DNA from: an uncultured bacterium
GTDB taxonomy: Bacteria > Eisenbacteria > RBG-16-71-46 > CAIMUX01 > WJJG01
NCBI GenBank assembly: GCA_964585945.1
Contig: CAZPGB010000032.1
Location: 3,980 to 67,979, forward strand
Direction of reading: 5' to 3'
Length of the DNA: 64,000 nt
Shown: positions 17,411 through 27,372 of the stretch, one piece after another
Position numbering within the stretch: the first letter of the stretch is position 1
Layout: every line of letters begins with the position of its first letter
Notes under the pieces: model-generated
The model's database searches: none
What the model was told of the DNA's origin: nothing
What the model saw: only the letters and a program-made list of their open reading frames with translations
Translations under genes and position numbers: made by a program

Positions 17411-18939
17411 AGGGCCTGTACCTCAACATCCCGAACGTGTTCGACCGGTTGCGCCGGGAGAGTGGGGAGCTCGGCCTGCCTCTGACGCTATCCACGGCGA
17501 CGCACGGGACGGATGAGATCGCCATCAGCCACCATCCGCAGGCGTGGCCGGAAGCGCCTGTGCATAAGGACGAACGAGCGGGCGCAACCGTAACCGCCTC
17601 GGGTTGGTTGATCTATCGCGGACGCTTGGGCGACCTCAAACAGCTTGCGGGGGATCTCTTGGCGGCAGGGGACGACGAGTCTCAAGCACGTGTGCTCGCC
17701 GGCATCGATGCGGGCGCGTATCTTCTTCTGGTATGTACGCCTCGTGAGCGCTACCTTGTCACGGACCCGTTCGGCTTGCATCCCCACTATTACCACGGCA
17801 GCGACCCGTTCTCTGCACTGGCCCCGGCCCCAACGTATGTGAGGGGTCCGGAGGAGCCCGACCCGTTGCTGATGCAGACGCTGGAAACGCAGGACTACCT
17901 GGTTGGAAATCTCACCGCTTACACGAATGTCCGGCGTCTCGAGCCGGGCTGCATTATCCGGGACCGAGGCCGCCAGAGTTATGCGTCCTACACACACGGC
18001 GAGTGGGGCCCAGCGGCCACGTTGGAGCGTCTGCGTGCAGCATTGGGGTTTTTCTCGCCGCTGCGTCCTCGTATCCTCGGCGTGAGTGGCGGTCTGGACT
18101 CGCGCCTGCTGCTTTCCCAAGGGACTTTCGACTTCGGCTTCACCTTCGGGCCTCCCGACACGGGCGATCGACCCATCGCCCGACGTTTCCGCGAGTGCTT
18201 CCATGACTACGTCGAGTTCTCGCTTCATGATGTCGAGCATCTGTGCCGGCGAGCGGGCATCGCGCGGGATTGGTTCGACGGAATCTGCGCACGGCCGTTT
18301 GTCGAGCTGCTGGGTGTATTCGCGTCCATTCACCGCAGGTGGGGCCCGGGGGGCTTCTTCTTCGACGGGTACATCGGGGATGCGCTGCAGCGAGCGCTCG
18401 TGTTGACGTCCGGAGGGCTCTATGGGAGTTTTGCGAAGCTCTTCCCCGTGCTGACCATGCACCGGTTCCATCCGCATCGACTCTTGCGCCGTCGCTACCG
18501 TGGCGTCCCCTCGCAAGTGGTGGATCGGATCATCGACACCTACGAACGTAAATCGGCCCCGTGGTCTGTCGATGCACCTCGCAAGATGCTTCTCTTCGAG
18601 ATCCTTCATGGCCGCGGCGCCCGCTGGGCGCTCAATGGTGGGGGAACGCTTGCGGGCCAGTACTTCCCAAGCATTCAGCCCTTCGCGGTGCCGGCGGTGT
18701 TTCAGGCCTTCTTGGGCCTCGATCCCAGCCAGGCGCTTTCGTATCGCGGGGTGGCCGAGCTCTGGCGATGTGTCGACGCACGATTCTCGCGCGTGCCCAC
18801 CTATGCAGGGTACCGACCTGCCTGGCCAGGCCATCTGTCCCGGGCAACGCTTCTGGCCGTCAAGGGTCTCGGGAAGAAGGGGCTGACCAAACGAGCGCGC
18901 TCCTACGAAAGCGAACTGCCCGGCATCCAGTGGCGGTAA
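17407..18939 (+). CDS. Asparagine synthetase B-like (PP-loop) enzyme lacking the N-terminal Cys nucleophile
   Basis: PP-loop ILGVSGGLDSRLLLS. The N-terminal Ntn-like fold is present (YLLLVCTPRERYLVTDPFGLHPHYY), but the protein begins MKG rather than MCG. The start ATGA overlaps the preceding stop. Confidence 0.8.
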   Translation: MKGLYLNIPNVFDRLRRESGELGLPLTLSTATHGTDEIAISHHPQAWPEAPVHKDERAGATVTASGWLIYRGRLGDLKQLAGDLLAAGDDESQARVLAGIDAGAYLLLVCTPRERYLVTDPFGLHPHYYHGSDPFSALAPAPTYVRGPEEPDPLLMQTLETQDYLVGNLTAYTNVRRLEPGCIIRDRGRQSYASYTHGEWGPAATLERLRAALGFFSPLRPRILGVSGGLDSRLLLSQGTFDFGFTFGPPDTGDRPIARRFRECFHDYVEFSLHDVEHLCRRAGIARDWFDGICARPFVELLGVFASIHRRWGPGGFFFDGYIGDALQRALVLTSGGLYGSFAKLFPVLTMHRFHPHRLLRRRYRGVPSQVVDRIIDTYERKSAPWSVDAPRKMLLFEILHGRGARWALNGGGTLAGQYFPSIQPFAVPAVFQAFLGLDPSQALSYRGVAELWRCVDARFSRVPTYAGYRPAWPGHLSRATLLAVKGLGKKGLTKRARSYESELPGIQWR

Positions 18940-18945
18940 GCAGGT

Positions 18946-20211
18946 CTACCGCGGAGAGAAGAACCGTGTGCGCACGGGCGCGGGCAACATGGAGATGAGC
19001 TCGGCGCGCACGCCAGGCGACAGATGCCGCTGCAGGTCCTCCAACAGCACCGCGAGCAAGATGCCGGCCAACAGACCGCCGAGGAAGGCCGAGAGCGTGA
19101 AGAAGGTTCGGTTGGGCCCGCTCTTGCGGTAGGGGCGGGCGGCGCGATCGAGGATCTCGAACGAGGGCATCGACTGGCTTTCCTCGATCTTGGTCTGCTC
19201 GAGCTTGGTGGCCAGCACGCGGTACTTCGTCTCCAGGACCTTCAGATCCATGAGGACATGGGCATACTCGCCGCTCAGCTCCGGCACCTTGCTCAGGGGT
19301 AGGATGAACCCCTCGCCCTCGGTCTCGGCCGGCCATTGCACCACGACCGCGCCGCTGTCGGCCTGCGCCCCCAGTCGGCCCACCAGGCTGGAGATCCGTT
19401 CCTGCAGCGCGTCGATGACATAGTTCAACTGCCGGTAGTTGCTCGAGCTCTGCTGGAGCGTTGCACCCAGAGCATCCCGCCGTGTCTGGGCTTCGATGAG
19501 CTGTTGCTGCAGCTCGGTGATCAACTCGACCGTTGCGCTGGTCTGCTCGTCGAGCGCAAAGACGCCATAGCGGCGCTGGAACTCGCTCATGCGCTCGCGG
19601 GCTGACTGCAGCTCGGATTCGGTGTCGACCAGCGCCTCTTCCACGAGCTGTCTCGTGCGGCGGGCGCGCGTGAGGGAGAGCGTCTGGTTGGCCAGGATGA
19701 GCTGATCGAGGAAGGCATTGACGATGTCGGCCGCAACTTGCGGATCCTCGTCGGTGGCCTTCACGCGAATAGCCGTCCCGCCCTGGGCTTCGGTTTCATA
19801 GGCGTGATCGAGCGCCGCCAGGGTCTTCTCCATCCGGTGCGCGTCGTTCGCCGCCTCAATGCCGTAGTGATCACCCAGGGACAGGGACTCTGCGACCGCC
19901 TCGCGCACGCGGCGGCTACGCAGCACGGTGAGATAGGACTCGGCCGTCGGGGCGCTGGTAGGAAGTCCGGCGAGGGCGCCGAGCTGGCCCAGCATCTCCA
20001 TACCCTGAGGGGCCTCGCCGGCCTCCAGCAGGATCGTTCCCGAGGCCGTGTAGCGGTTCGGGGTCAGCAGCATCACGACCGCGGTCACCAGGGGCAGCCC
20101 GATGGCCAACGCCAGCACCAATCCGCGCCAACGGTAGATGACGCGCAGCAGTCCCATCGGGGTCAGCTCCACGCCGCGCTGTTCCTCCGCCCGCACCGGG
20201 ATCTCGGTCAT
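18946..20211 (-). CDS. Polysaccharide co-polymerase / chain-length determinant (Wzz/GumC-like), with no kinase domain
   Basis: N-terminal TM plus Wzz motif (LVLALAIGLPLVTAVVMLLTPNRYTASGTILLE), a long coiled-coil periplasmic region, and a C-terminal TM (FFTLSAFLGGLLAGILLAVLL). GGGAGGG lies before the ATG. Confidence 0.8.
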   Translation of the reverse strand: MTEIPVRAEEQRGVELTPMGLLRVIYRWRGLVLALAIGLPLVTAVVMLLTPNRYTASGTILLEAGEAPQGMEMLGQLGALAGLPTSAPTAESYLTVLRSRRVREAVAESLSLGDHYGIEAANDAHRMEKTLAALDHAYETEAQGGTAIRVKATDEDPQVAADIVNAFLDQLILANQTLSLTRARRTRQLVEEALVDTESELQSARERMSEFQRRYGVFALDEQTSATVELITELQQQLIEAQTRRDALGATLQQSSSNYRQLNYVIDALQERISSLVGRLGAQADSGAVVVQWPAETEGEGFILPLSKVPELSGEYAHVLMDLKVLETKYRVLATKLEQTKIEESQSMPSFEILDRAARPYRKSGPNRTFFTLSAFLGGLLAGILLAVLLEDLQRHLSPGVRAELISMLPAPVRTRFFSPR

Positions 20212-20387
20212 GCCGGCCCTCCCTGCCGAATGGGTCCCCCGTGCGCCTCGCGGGGGCGATCGATCCAGCGGCGAAGTATAGAAACCGGGAAATCCTCTGT
20301 CATCCCTTAGCTTGGGCTCCGGGGCCCTCCTTCAGCAGCCACGCAGGCCGATTGACCCCCTTCGCGATCGGCGCCATCATCGCGGCC

Positions 20388-21344
20388 ATGCGGACCGAAG
20401 CGCGCTTCAGCGTCATCATCCCGGTCTTCAACAAGGAGGCCGTTCTGGCCCGGGCGGTCGAGAGTGCCCTGGGTCAGCGAGGTGTCGATGTGGAGGTGAT
20501 CTGCGTCGACGACGGCTCGACCGACGCAAGTCGCAAGCGCCTGGGAACCTGGGGCAATCGCATCCAGGTGATTGAGCAGCCGAATCGGGGACCCTCAGCC
20601 GCGCGCAATCGCGGCGTGGCCGCCGCCCGCTACGAGTGGGTGGCCTTCCTGGATGCCGACGACACCTGGGATCCGCACTATCTGGAGGCGGTGGCGCGCC
20701 TGCGAACGGCCCGCCCGGCGATCGCCTACGCGTTGGCCTCCTATCGGCGGATCAGCCGAGAACAGACGGTGATCATTCGCTTGGGCGATCGTGATCTGCC
20801 GTGGGATGCCCCCGAGGCACCCCGTGCGACGCGGCACGCCGCGGCCGCCCTGGCGCCCGGAATCGCCTCGGGCGCGATTGCTTGCTCGACCGATCTCTTC
20901 CGCGAGGTGGGCAGATTCGATGAGAGTTTGCCGCGCTGGGAGATCGCCGACCTGGTCTTCCGAATGCTGTGCGCGCGTGGGGAGGCTGGCGTCGTCGAAG
21001 AGCCGCTGGTCACGATCCACCACGATCCGGCCAACAGCCAGGCGGATCGTGAGGCACGCAACGTGAAAGCTCACGCGCGGCTGGCCGCGAGTCTTCTCAC
21101 CGCGGCCTCCGGGGTCACGCGACCCGAGGGCGGCGAGCTGAGGGCGGAGGCCGCGCAGGTGGCCTTGCGGTCGGCGCGCTGGTTGCTGCGCGAGGGCATG
21201 CGGCCTGCCGCCAAGGACTTGATACGGCGTCTGCCGCCGGAGAGCCCAGCCCCGCAGCGCTTCGCTACGCGGGTGGCCGCAACACTGCCCGCCGCCTTGG
21301 TCCGGTGTCTGTTCCCAGGTGGCTCGCGTCGCAAAGCGCCGTGA
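20388..21344 (+). CDS. Family 2 glycosyltransferase
   Basis: FSVIIPVFNKEAVLARAVESAL, VICVDDGSTD, NRGPSAARNRGV, VAFLDADD. The start is trimmed to the ATG at 20388. Confidence 0.85.
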   Translation: MRTEARFSVIIPVFNKEAVLARAVESALGQRGVDVEVICVDDGSTDASRKRLGTWGNRIQVIEQPNRGPSAARNRGVAAARYEWVAFLDADDTWDPHYLEAVARLRTARPAIAYALASYRRISREQTVIIRLGDRDLPWDAPEAPRATRHAAAALAPGIASGAIACSTDLFREVGRFDESLPRWEIADLVFRMLCARGEAGVVEEPLVTIHHDPANSQADREARNVKAHARLAASLLTAASGVTRPEGGELRAEAAQVALRSARWLLREGMRPAAKDLIRRLPPESPAPQRFATRVAATLPAALVRCLFPGGSRRKAP

Positions 21345-21376
21345 GGACCCCACGTGTTTGGGAGAAGAGTCTAGAC

Positions 21377-24241
21377 ATGCACAGCGCCTTCCATCCGATC
21401 GCGGCCCTCCTCCTGTCCGTTGCAGTCGAGGACCTGGAAGTAGCCACAGACGATGGCCTGGCATTATCCATCGATAGCACAGGAAGGGTGGCGAGTTGTC
21501 GTGTCGACAACCGGGACCTGCCGCAGCACGGACCTGCTGGAGGGTTCTTCGTCGCCGACGTGGCCGACATCCCGGCGCAGGACCTCGAGCAAATCGCGAA
21601 TCCCAGCTTCGAAGAGATCGAAGACGACATGCCGGTGGGTTGGGCGGTCGGTCGGGGCTGGAGCGTGGACCGCGGTACGGCCCGATCTGGAAAGCGCTCG
21701 ATGAAGGTCTCGATCCCCTCCTCGAGGGAAGACACATCGGGGAACCTGTCCGTCGATGTGCCGGTCGCACCCAACACGCCGTATCGTATTTCCATGTGGC
21801 TGCGCACCGAAGGTGGCGCGCCCTCCTTGTACATCCAGCAACTGGACGAGGGGGGTCAACCGCATCCAGATTACCCGCAGATGACCGCAAGCCACTCTCG
21901 ACGCCAGTCTGACTGGTTCGAGCTAACCAGATCTCTCACCACGTCCTTCTTCTGTCGGACGATCCGCGTGCGGACCAACCTCTGGCGGCAGGCAGGAAAC
22001 GCTTGGATCGACGACGTGTCGGTGGTGTGTCTGGATGATGATTACCTTTCCCCCCAACGCTTGGTCGCGGGAACCGTGCATCGCACACCCACCGGCTTGG
22101 AGCAGATCTGCGACCTTGAGGACCTTGCCCTCCGAATCCATGCAACCTACGCAATGAATAGGGATTACATCATCGTCGACGGTGACATCCAAGACACGTC
22201 CGGAAGAGATCGGGCGGTGAGCCTCTCGTTTCGCCTCCCCGTGAACGGGGCCGGCTGGACCTGGTTCGATGATCTTCAGAACGTGCAGGTCGTCGAGGAG
22301 GAGCTGCGCTACGGATCGGCGCGGTTGATGGGTCGGGACGATCCGACCCAGAGACGCACCATCGCCCTCTACCCGTTCGCAGCCATGGCCGACTCACAGT
22401 CCGGGCTCGCCTTGGCCGTACCGATGGACATGCCGCGTGCTGTTCGCCTGTGCTATGCAGCGGACCTCGGCTTCCTCGTCAACTACGAGTTCGGTCTGAC
22501 GCAAGCGACGTCGAAGTTTCCCAGGCAAGCCTCGTTTCGGTTCTTCATCTACCGCATCGATCCCCGCTGGGGCTTCCGCTCGGCTGCCGACCGCTACTAC
22601 CAGCATCATCGCGACTTCTTCACAAAACGAACCGATCCGGAAGGTGGCATTGGGCCCATGGTGGTCTGCGACCGGGAGGTGTCGCGCAATCAACTCATCC
22701 CGGCCTTGGCTGACTTCAAATGGAGCCATCGCCATCTAGTCGCCTGCAATCACCGTGAGCTCGTGAAGCTGCTTCAGTACTCGGAGTTCATCGGATGGTG
22801 GGGGTCGGCGCTCGGGATCGGAGTTCAAGAAGCCGAGCATCAAGTGACCCAGGAAGAGGCCTGGGCTCATGTGGAGGACGTCGCTTTCAGTGATCACCCG
22901 CAACGGGAAGTGGCACGCTGCATCCTGAACTGCGCCCTGCACGATCGGGAAGGCAGGCGCAGGTTGCACTGGAACTACGTTCCCCGGTGGGGCGGCTACC
23001 ATTACCTCTGCAACCCCGATCCCGACATCACGGGTATCGGCGGGCGCGTAAATCGCTACACGCTCACCCGTGACCGCGAAATGGCGAAGGTCGCGCCGTA
23101 TGGGCTCGACGGCATGCGGTTCGATGGTCCCATCGGTTTCGCCACCGACAACTTTCGCCGAGAACATTTCCAGTGGGCGGATCATCCGCTGGCATTCGAC
23201 CACGTGTCGAAGAAGCCGGTGATGCCACTGGACTTCTCGGCCTATGAGTGCGCGCAGGCCATCGCCGACGACATGCATCGCGGGGGCAAGCTTGTCGCTT
23301 CGAACTACAGCACCATCGACGATCCGAGCGACATCTTTCATATCCAGCTCCTCGACGTGGTGGGCAATGAAATGCTCGGCGCATGGACGACCAACGCCAA
23401 GCTGGCCCTGCAGCGCACCTTGGCGCACCAGAAGACCGTCGTCATGTCATGGCAGGAGGTGAAGAGGGACTGGCCGCCAGAACGGATTGAGCGTGAGATG
23501 AAACAGGCCATGTTCTATGGCACGTTCTACTACCTCAGCGACATGGACCCCGCTCTCTACGAGCGGTGGCACCCCTTGACCCAACGGTTGGCCGCGGCGG
23601 GGTGGGAACCGATCAGTCATGCTTCGACCGATAGCCCCGCGATCCTGGTGGAGAGATTCGGGAGGATCGGCGACCGCAATCTGCACTTCACGTTGCGCAA
23701 TGAGGGTACGCCCGATTCCTGCCAGGTGAGATTCGATGCGCTGGCGCTGGGTTTGAATGTGGAACCCATGCCCACCGTGTGGTGGATGTGGGACGCGCAA
23801 ACGCATGTCGAGATTGCTGCCAGGCGTATCGGGGCGCACTGGTCTGCAAAGCTGCCCCTGCCTGAAGATGATACGGTCGTTCTGCGCATCGCAACGGCCT
23901 CTGGGGTTGCATTGGACCATCTCTTTGGGGTTCGTGATCATCTTCAGAGAGCGTACAACTATCGCCGGGACCTTGAGCAAGTGGGTGTCACCGCGACGTC
24001 CGTGGATTACGAGCGCGTTGCTGATGAGCTTGATCGGGCTATCGCGGCGTTACGATCGAAGGCGCCCGAGGTGGATCACGTCCGGGAGCTTCTCACATCG
24101 ATGTCCAAGGGGCTGAGTGATCTGACCGTCAACGGGGAGGTCCCGGACCACAAGGACTGGGTGATGCGACAACGAGTCGCTTGCTCGGAGGTTCGAAGCG
24201 GATTGGATCGGGCGGCAGGGGCACTGGGGGCTCGGCCATGA
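21377..24241 (+). CDS. Large uncharacterised protein with an N-terminal CBM4/9/22-like jelly-roll and an unknown ~700-aa body
   Basis: Start MHSAFHPIAALLLSVAV with GGAGAAG upstream. CBM-like signature NPSFEE...MPVGW...GKRSMKV...YRISMWLRTEG...AWIDDVSVV. The body has no motif I can name (YPFAAMADSQSGLALAVPMDMP, RWGFRSAADRYYQHHRDFF). Confidence 0.7.
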   Translation: MHSAFHPIAALLLSVAVEDLEVATDDGLALSIDSTGRVASCRVDNRDLPQHGPAGGFFVADVADIPAQDLEQIANPSFEEIEDDMPVGWAVGRGWSVDRGTARSGKRSMKVSIPSSREDTSGNLSVDVPVAPNTPYRISMWLRTEGGAPSLYIQQLDEGGQPHPDYPQMTASHSRRQSDWFELTRSLTTSFFCRTIRVRTNLWRQAGNAWIDDVSVVCLDDDYLSPQRLVAGTVHRTPTGLEQICDLEDLALRIHATYAMNRDYIIVDGDIQDTSGRDRAVSLSFRLPVNGAGWTWFDDLQNVQVVEEELRYGSARLMGRDDPTQRRTIALYPFAAMADSQSGLALAVPMDMPRAVRLCYAADLGFLVNYEFGLTQATSKFPRQASFRFFIYRIDPRWGFRSAADRYYQHHRDFFTKRTDPEGGIGPMVVCDREVSRNQLIPALADFKWSHRHLVACNHRELVKLLQYSEFIGWWGSALGIGVQEAEHQVTQEEAWAHVEDVAFSDHPQREVARCILNCALHDREGRRRLHWNYVPRWGGYHYLCNPDPDITGIGGRVNRYTLTRDREMAKVAPYGLDGMRFDGPIGFATDNFRREHFQWADHPLAFDHVSKKPVMPLDFSAYECAQAIADDMHRGGKLVASNYSTIDDPSDIFHIQLLDVVGNEMLGAWTTNAKLALQRTLAHQKTVVMSWQEVKRDWPPERIEREMKQAMFYGTFYYLSDMDPALYERWHPLTQRLAAAGWEPISHASTDSPAILVERFGRIGDRNLHFTLRNEGTPDSCQVRFDALALGLNVEPMPTVWWMWDAQTHVEIAARRIGAHWSAKLPLPEDDTVVLRIATASGVALDHLFGVRDHLQRAYNYRRDLEQVGVTATSVDYERVADELDRAIAALRSKAPEVDHVRELLTSMSKGLSDLTVNGEVPDHKDWVMRQRVACSEVRSGLDRAAGALGARP

Positions 24242-24388
24242 GCGTCCTGGGGAGAGCCGCGTCTCGATGACGTGATGTGGTTCGGCCTGATTGCTATACT
24301 GTGGACAGTGAACAAGATAACTGGCGTTGGCGACTGCACCCAGGAGCGAGTCGGGGCGCGATGCTCTGACGAATTGAAGGAGGCCCCC

Positions 24389-26959
24389 ATGATACGCAAG
24401 GCGCGGTCAACCTGCCGCCTCAATCCCGGAAGTCTCCACGGAAGAAGAAGTTGGAGGACATGCATGGGTTCTGTGGTCTGCCTTCTGGCGGCAGCCGTAG
24501 CCGGTGCGTGTCCCGCGGAAGCGGAGTGCATCCATTACGAGGACTACCTGCACCGCGTGTGTCAGGTGGCCACGCCGGGGGAGGCCCTCGGTGTGGCGAT
24601 ATCGGGCATCCGCGCCTATGTCGCCGACGGCAGCGGTGGACTCCTGGTGATCGATCTCACCGACCTCGAGAGCCCGCAGACCGTCGGCGGTGTAAGCACC
24701 ACGGGCAGCGCCTGGGCGGTGGTCGTGGAGGCCGACTACGCTTATGTCGCCGACGGAGATTCCGGTCTCCAGGTGATCGACATCGGAGATCCCCAGAACC
24801 CCGAGATCGTGGGTCATGTGGACACACCCGGGCTGGCCCGGGGCATCGCCGTCTCCGGCGCCTACGCCTTTGTCGCGGATGATGACTCCGGCCTCCAGGT
24901 CATCGACATCACGGACCCCGAGAATCCTCAGATCGCGGGAAGTGCGGACACGCCGGGCAACGCCCAGCGGTTGGCGGTCTCCGGCGACCACGTCTATGTC
25001 GCGGACGGGGGTTCGGGTCTCCAGGTGGTCGACATCGCGGATCCCCAGAATCCCCAGATCGTGGGCAGCGTTGTTCCGCCGGGTGGCGCCAACGACGTCG
25101 CGGTGTCCGGGGACTATGCCTACGCAACGAGCAATGGGAGCGGTCCCGGTTACGGCTTCCAGGTGATCGACATCGTGGATCCCACCCAGCCCGAGGTTGT
25201 CGGCAACCTGGGCACCGGCAACACCACCTGGGGACTGGCCGTTGCGGGCACGCACGCTTACGTCCGAACCTGGGGTTCGGGACTCGATACGTACAAGCGC
25301 AGCCTTACGGTCATCGACGTTGCGAACCCGCAAGACCCTGTTCGAGTCGGCAGTGTGTATACCCCGGGCAGCGATCAGCCTACGCCGTGGGCCGTGACCA
25401 TCTCGGGATCGCACGTCTATGTCGCCGACAACGACCAGGGTCTCCAGGTCATCGATGCCAGCCACCACGCGCCCCCTGAGATTCTTGGGGACATTCTTGG
25501 CGGTGACATCTCCAGCATTGAAGTAGCGGTAGGGGAGCCTCACGTTTATGCCACGGTCCGTGGCGCAGATACGTACTTCTTCGCGGTCGATGTCCTTGAC
25601 CCCAGCAATCCAGAGATCGTGAGCAGCACGCTACTCAGTAGTAGCTCCGAAGATGGGATTGGGGGCTTGGCCGTCTCGAGCACCCACGCTTATGTTGCAG
25701 GGTATTTCGAAGCTGAGCCCGAACCCTTTCTTCTCAAGGTCATCGACATCACCAGTCCTGAAGCCCCCCTTATTCTGGGCAGCGGGTCCACACAGGATTT
25801 CGCACGGGGAGTGGCGCTTTCGAGCACGCATGCCTATGTTGCGGCCTCCGGCGCCGGTCTTCAGGTGATCGACATCACCGATCCTGAGAGCCCGCAGAAC
25901 GTGGGCGCCGCGCAAACGCCCGGACGAGCCTGGGGCATCGCCCTATCCGCGACCCACGCCTATGTCGCGGACCGCGATCACGGTCTCCAAGCGATCGATG
26001 TCACGGATCCCACAGACCCCCAGATCGTGGGGAGCGCGGATCTGCCGGGTGGGGCCTGGCATGTGAAGATCTCGGGATCTCATGCCTACGTGGCGGGCGG
26101 GAACTCGGGCCTGCACGTCCTCGATATCACCGACCCCCAGAATCCCCAGACCGTGTCCAGTCTGGAGACCCCCGGCTTCGCGCAGGAAGTGGCGATCTCC
26201 GGCCCCGTCGCATACGTCGCGATCGGCGGTGGCGGACTCTTCGTGATCGACGTCACGACCCCGGAGGATCCCGAGATCCTGGGCGGAGTGACAACGGACG
26301 GCGATATCGTGGGCGTGGCCGTCTCGAGCACGCATGCGTACATGGCCAACCTGCCGCAAGCCATCCAAATCGTGCCTCTGCAGTGCGTGCCCGTACCCAT
26401 CGCCACGGTGACGGACCTCCAGGCGTTCCCCATGGAGGAAGGCGTTTCCCTCTCCTGGCACGGCGGATTCGATCCCGAGCTCTTCGAGGTGTTCGTCTAC
26501 CGGCGGGCAATCGGTGAGTCCTGGGAGTGCCTGACCGCCGCGCCCCTCACGGGGGGACCCGACTTCGAATTCGTGGACTCGACTGTCGAACCCGGAGAGT
26601 GCTACGAATACGAGATCGAGCTGCTGGCCGGAGACGGCCGTCGGGAGCGGTTCGGTCCGGTGACCTGCGAGTTGCGGCTGAGCCACGCCCTCCTGTTGGA
26701 CATCAGGCCGATCGTCACAAGCGGCGCGGTACAGATAGGCCTCAGTTTGCCGCGCTCAAGCGACGTCGAGCTTTCGCTGCACGACCCCGCCGGCCGGCGC
26801 CTGGGCTCTGTGGATTGGCGAGCGCTGCCGGCAGGACGGCAGGTGCTCGACCTGGACCTGTCGCGGGTGGTGGGAGCACGCGCCGCTGCGGGGCTCTACT
26901 TCATCAGGCTGGAGTTCGCGCAGGAACGGGTCTGCCGCAGGATCTTGCTGACGCGTTGA
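24389..26959 (+). CDS. LVIVD-repeat beta-propeller protein with a FlgD-Ig/T9SS-like C-terminal domain
   Basis: AAGGAGG lies before the ATG at 24389. More than a dozen repeats of A(Y/H)VAD..SGLQVIDI(T/G)DP.NPQIVG. The C-terminus reads ...AGLYFIRLEFAQERVCRRILLTR. Confidence 0.85.
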   Translation: MIRKARSTCRLNPGSLHGRRSWRTCMGSVVCLLAAAVAGACPAEAECIHYEDYLHRVCQVATPGEALGVAISGIRAYVADGSGGLLVIDLTDLESPQTVGGVSTTGSAWAVVVEADYAYVADGDSGLQVIDIGDPQNPEIVGHVDTPGLARGIAVSGAYAFVADDDSGLQVIDITDPENPQIAGSADTPGNAQRLAVSGDHVYVADGGSGLQVVDIADPQNPQIVGSVVPPGGANDVAVSGDYAYATSNGSGPGYGFQVIDIVDPTQPEVVGNLGTGNTTWGLAVAGTHAYVRTWGSGLDTYKRSLTVIDVANPQDPVRVGSVYTPGSDQPTPWAVTISGSHVYVADNDQGLQVIDASHHAPPEILGDILGGDISSIEVAVGEPHVYATVRGADTYFFAVDVLDPSNPEIVSSTLLSSSSEDGIGGLAVSSTHAYVAGYFEAEPEPFLLKVIDITSPEAPLILGSGSTQDFARGVALSSTHAYVAASGAGLQVIDITDPESPQNVGAAQTPGRAWGIALSATHAYVADRDHGLQAIDVTDPTDPQIVGSADLPGGAWHVKISGSHAYVAGGNSGLHVLDITDPQNPQTVSSLETPGFAQEVAISGPVAYVAIGGGGLFVIDVTTPEDPEILGGVTTDGDIVGVAVSSTHAYMANLPQAIQIVPLQCVPVPIATVTDLQAFPMEEGVSLSWHGGFDPELFEVFVYRRAIGESWECLTAAPLTGGPDFEFVDSTVEPGECYEYEIELLAGDGRRERFGPVTCELRLSHALLLDIRPIVTSGAVQIGLSLPRSSDVELSLHDPAGRRLGSVDWRALPAGRQVLDLDLSRVVGARAAAGLYFIRLEFAQERVCRRILLTR

Positions 26960-27372
26960 GAAGACCGTTCACCGCGACCCCGGCCAAGGGCGGTGACCGT
27001 CCAAGCATCGATGCCGAGATCCGCGGTCTCGTGCGACAGGGACACTTCCCGAGCGTGGCCGGGCCCCCATCGGTGTAACTCGTCCTGCCGAGCGAGGCAC
27101 ACATCGGCCCTGAAGCCGGTCTCGTGGTGGATCAGGTTGAAGTGGCCTCTTTCGGCACGTTGCTGCTCCAGCCGGAGGATCTCACTGGGTGGGCGGTAGA
27201 GGTCATCCAGGGGAAAGGCTGCGATTCGGGCATGGAGGAAGATCTCCTTGACCTTCTGCTCGACCTGTTCTGGCGTCCAGTCAGGGTGTTGATCGCGTAG
27301 CGTAGCCGCCCTGAGCTTCCTGGCCACCCAGTAGAGCCGAAATGCCGTGCGCAGCTTCTGTTCGCCGGTCAT
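26896..27372 (-). CDS. Hypothetical protein, likely a remnant joining a small helical protein to a nucleotidyltransferase-like fragment
   Basis: The first ~50 aa (MTGEQKLRTAFRLYWVARKLRAATLRDQHPDWTPEQVEQKVKEIFLHAR) resemble a small stand-alone protein type. The following GHFNLIHHETGFRADVCLARQDELHRW resembles the C-terminal part of NTase-fold proteins. The tail overlaps the LVIVD gene end by 64 nt. Confidence 0.3.
   Translation of the reverse strand: MTGEQKLRTAFRLYWVARKLRAATLRDQHPDWTPEQVEQKVKEIFLHARIAAFPLDDLYRPPSEILRLEQQRAERGHFNLIHHETGFRADVCLARQDELHRWGPGHAREVSLSHETADLGIDAWTVTALGRGRGERSSQRVSKILRQTRSCANSSLMK

Noticed and set aside
17488-18834. 448-aa minus-strand ORF. The same applies to 9486-10307, 10767-11915, 15945-16910, 20595-21890, 24407-25543, 33574-34440, 38279-39433, 40034-41320, 47138-48460, 53007-53936, 59451-60389, 60707-61630, 61567-62592 and 63091-63978.
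   Set aside because: All are shadow ORFs opposite to, or out of frame with, genes that carry clear family motifs. They are Arg/Pro/Gly/Ala-dominated with no motifs. Long shadow ORFs are expected at this GC content.
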